A DNA stretch of 35,729 nucleotides from Nanohaloarchaea archaeon B1-Br10_U2g21 (GTDB lineage: Archaea > Nanohalarchaeota > Nanosalinia > Nanosalinales > Nanosalinaceae): the NCBI GenBank assembly GCA_001563915.1, contig LKMP01000010.1, positions 1 to 35,729 of the forward strand, given 5' to 3'. Shown here piece by piece: positions 34,402-35,729 of the stretch. Numbering within the stretch: the first letter of the stretch is position 1; each line of letters starts with the position of its first letter. The translations under genes were made by a program, and so were the position numbers. The notes beneath the pieces are model-generated. The model ran no database searches. It saw only the letters and a program-made list of their open reading frames with translations, and was not told the origin of the DNA.

Positions 34402-35729
34402 AGCTAATTTAGCCGGTGAAAATGTAAAAGCAATAGTTTTTATAGCAATATTAATGATGATTATTAGCGCCCCTGTTTTAGGAGGGGATGAAAGGCCTCC
34501 AACTTTCAACGTCAATATTGAAGATCATAATAGTCCTGTAGAGGAAGGAGAAGAGTTTGTTGTGACTGTAAATGTTTTGAATACGGGGGATTCAGAGAGT
34601 ACAAAGGATGTTGGTCTTTATGTTTCTGGAAACCAGGAGAATCAAGAATCTGTTACTTTGTCAGCTGAGGAAGGCGAACAGGTTGATTTGAAATGGAATA
34701 CTGAAGAGGGTGATGCGGGAGAGCTAGAGGTGGAAGTTGCTACTGAGGATGATGAGCAGGTTACTACTATAGAGGTTGAAGAAGGAGAGCCTGAGCCTGA
34801 AGGAGACGTTTCAATTGAGTTTGATGAGCCTGAAGAAGAGGAATTATATGAAAATGATGAAGATTTAGAGGTTAGATGGTTCTCTGAGAATAATTATAAT
34901 GTTGAACAGCAATTAAAAGAATCTAAGATTGAATTAGGTGGTTTTTCTGAAAATGTCGATCAAGACGAAACAGTAGATACAGAACTATCAACAGTCACAG
35001 AATATAATATAGATTCAAGCGAACTAGATGATTTAGAAGACGAACACGAGTTTACAGTTACGGATACATGGGATCATGAGACAAAATCAAAGACAATGAC
35101 GGTAAAATTTGAATTAGAAGATGAGGATAGTATTTCTGGAGATGCATCTTTGAACGTTAATAAACCGGAGGAAAATAGTACTAAATATTCTGGTAACAAC
35201 TTGACTGTAGAGTGGACGTCTGAAAATAATTTTGATGATGATGTCGAGATTTTGAGATCCAAGGTCGAACTGGAAGATATAACAAGCAGGACTGTAGAAG
35301 AAGAGTTGGATGTTAGTAAAGTTGTAGATGAGGGTGGCACTATATCGAATTCCTTGACTTTTGATGCGGAGGAATATAGTACTTTCGACGAAGGAGAGTG
35401 GGCTCTAAATATAGAAGATGTATGGGAAGTTGAATCTAGCGAAGAAACGGTGGCATTTGATATGAGCGAAACACAGGAATCAGACGAGGAGGATGATTCT
35501 GACGGAGATGGTGATGATGCCTATGATAATGGAGAACAAGATGAGGAGTCTGAAGATGAGAATGGTTCCGAAGCCGATTCTGATGATGCCAGTGATACAG
35601 ATGAGGAGGATAGTTCAGAAGAGGAATCTGGTAATGGGGATGGCTCAGAGACTTCTGAAGAAGATAATGGGGATGGCTCAGAGACTTCTGAAGAAGATAA
35701 TGGGGATGGCTCAGAGACTTCTGAAGAAG
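34394..35729 (+). CDS. Secreted acidic surface protein with CARDB/Ig-like domains, 3'-truncated (absent from ORF track)
   Basis: Manual translation is open from ATG 34394 to the window end (445 codons). Signal peptide, NSPVEEGEEFVVTVNVLNTG...LKWNTEEGDAG, two related Ig-like units (VRWFSENN, VEWTSENN), then a D/E/S linker. Confidence 0.88.
   Translation, partial: MNKANLAGENVKAIVFIAILMMIISAPVLGGDERPPTFNVNIEDHNSPVEEGEEFVVTVNVLNTGDSESTKDVGLYVSGNQENQESVTLSAEEGEQVDLKWNTEEGDAGELEVEVATEDDEQVTTIEVEEGEPEPEGDVSIEFDEPEEEELYENDEDLEVRWFSENNYNVEQQLKESKIELGGFSENVDQDETVDTELSTVTEYNIDSSELDDLEDEHEFTVTDTWDHETKSKTMTVKFELEDEDSISGDASLNVNKPEENSTKYSGNNLTVEWTSENNFDDDVEILRSKVELEDITSRTVEEELDVSKVVDEGGTISNSLTFDAEEYSTFDEGEWALNIEDVWEVESSEETVAFDMSETQESDEEDDSDGDGDDAYDNGEQDEESEDENGSEADSDDASDTDEEDSSEEESGNGDGSETSEEDNGDGSETSEEDNGDGSETSEE
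35632..35729 (+). repeat. Perfect 33-bp coding tandem repeat (NGDGSETSEED), about 3 copies, running off the window
   Basis: Unit TAATGGGGATGGCTCAGAGACTTCTGAAGAAGA starts at 35632, 35665 and 35698. Confidence 0.95.

Noticed and set aside
35632-35729. 33-bp repeat as a CRISPR array
   Set aside because: Copies are contiguous without spacers, in frame in a CDS, and there are no cas genes.
24085-35729. DGR or shufflon diversifying the surface proteins
   Set aside because: No reverse transcriptase, TR/VR pair, recombinase or repeated crossover sites visible in the window.

Overview
This is a gene-dense, AT-rich archaeal chromosome segment encoding very acidic proteins. The archaeal RadA, Cbf5, uL16/L10e, Dph2, aMBF1, histones and archease-RtcB, together with class III signal-peptide/LamG surface proteins, fit a halophilic DPANN archaeon, most likely Nanohaloarchaeota (inference). 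The left part is housekeeping: two aminopeptidases, ThpR, a PRC-barrel protein, histone-RPA-radA, DUF106, cbf5, tRNA-Ser(TGA), aMBF1 and a sugar-nucleotide operon. The right part holds a degenerate PEP-synthase-like protein, dph2, a lone nucleotidyltransferase, tRNA-Asp(GTC) with a free-standing HTH-LAGLIDADG gene, cmk-archease-rtcB followed by an MNT-HEPN pair whose HEPN gene is frameshifted, and a pilin/tail-fibre-like/GLUG/CARDB surface-protein cluster running off the end. Two genes are missing from the supplied ORF track: a 55-aa second histone (13975-14142) and the terminal surface protein (34394 to the window end). All family calls come from motif recognition by eye, with no database search.
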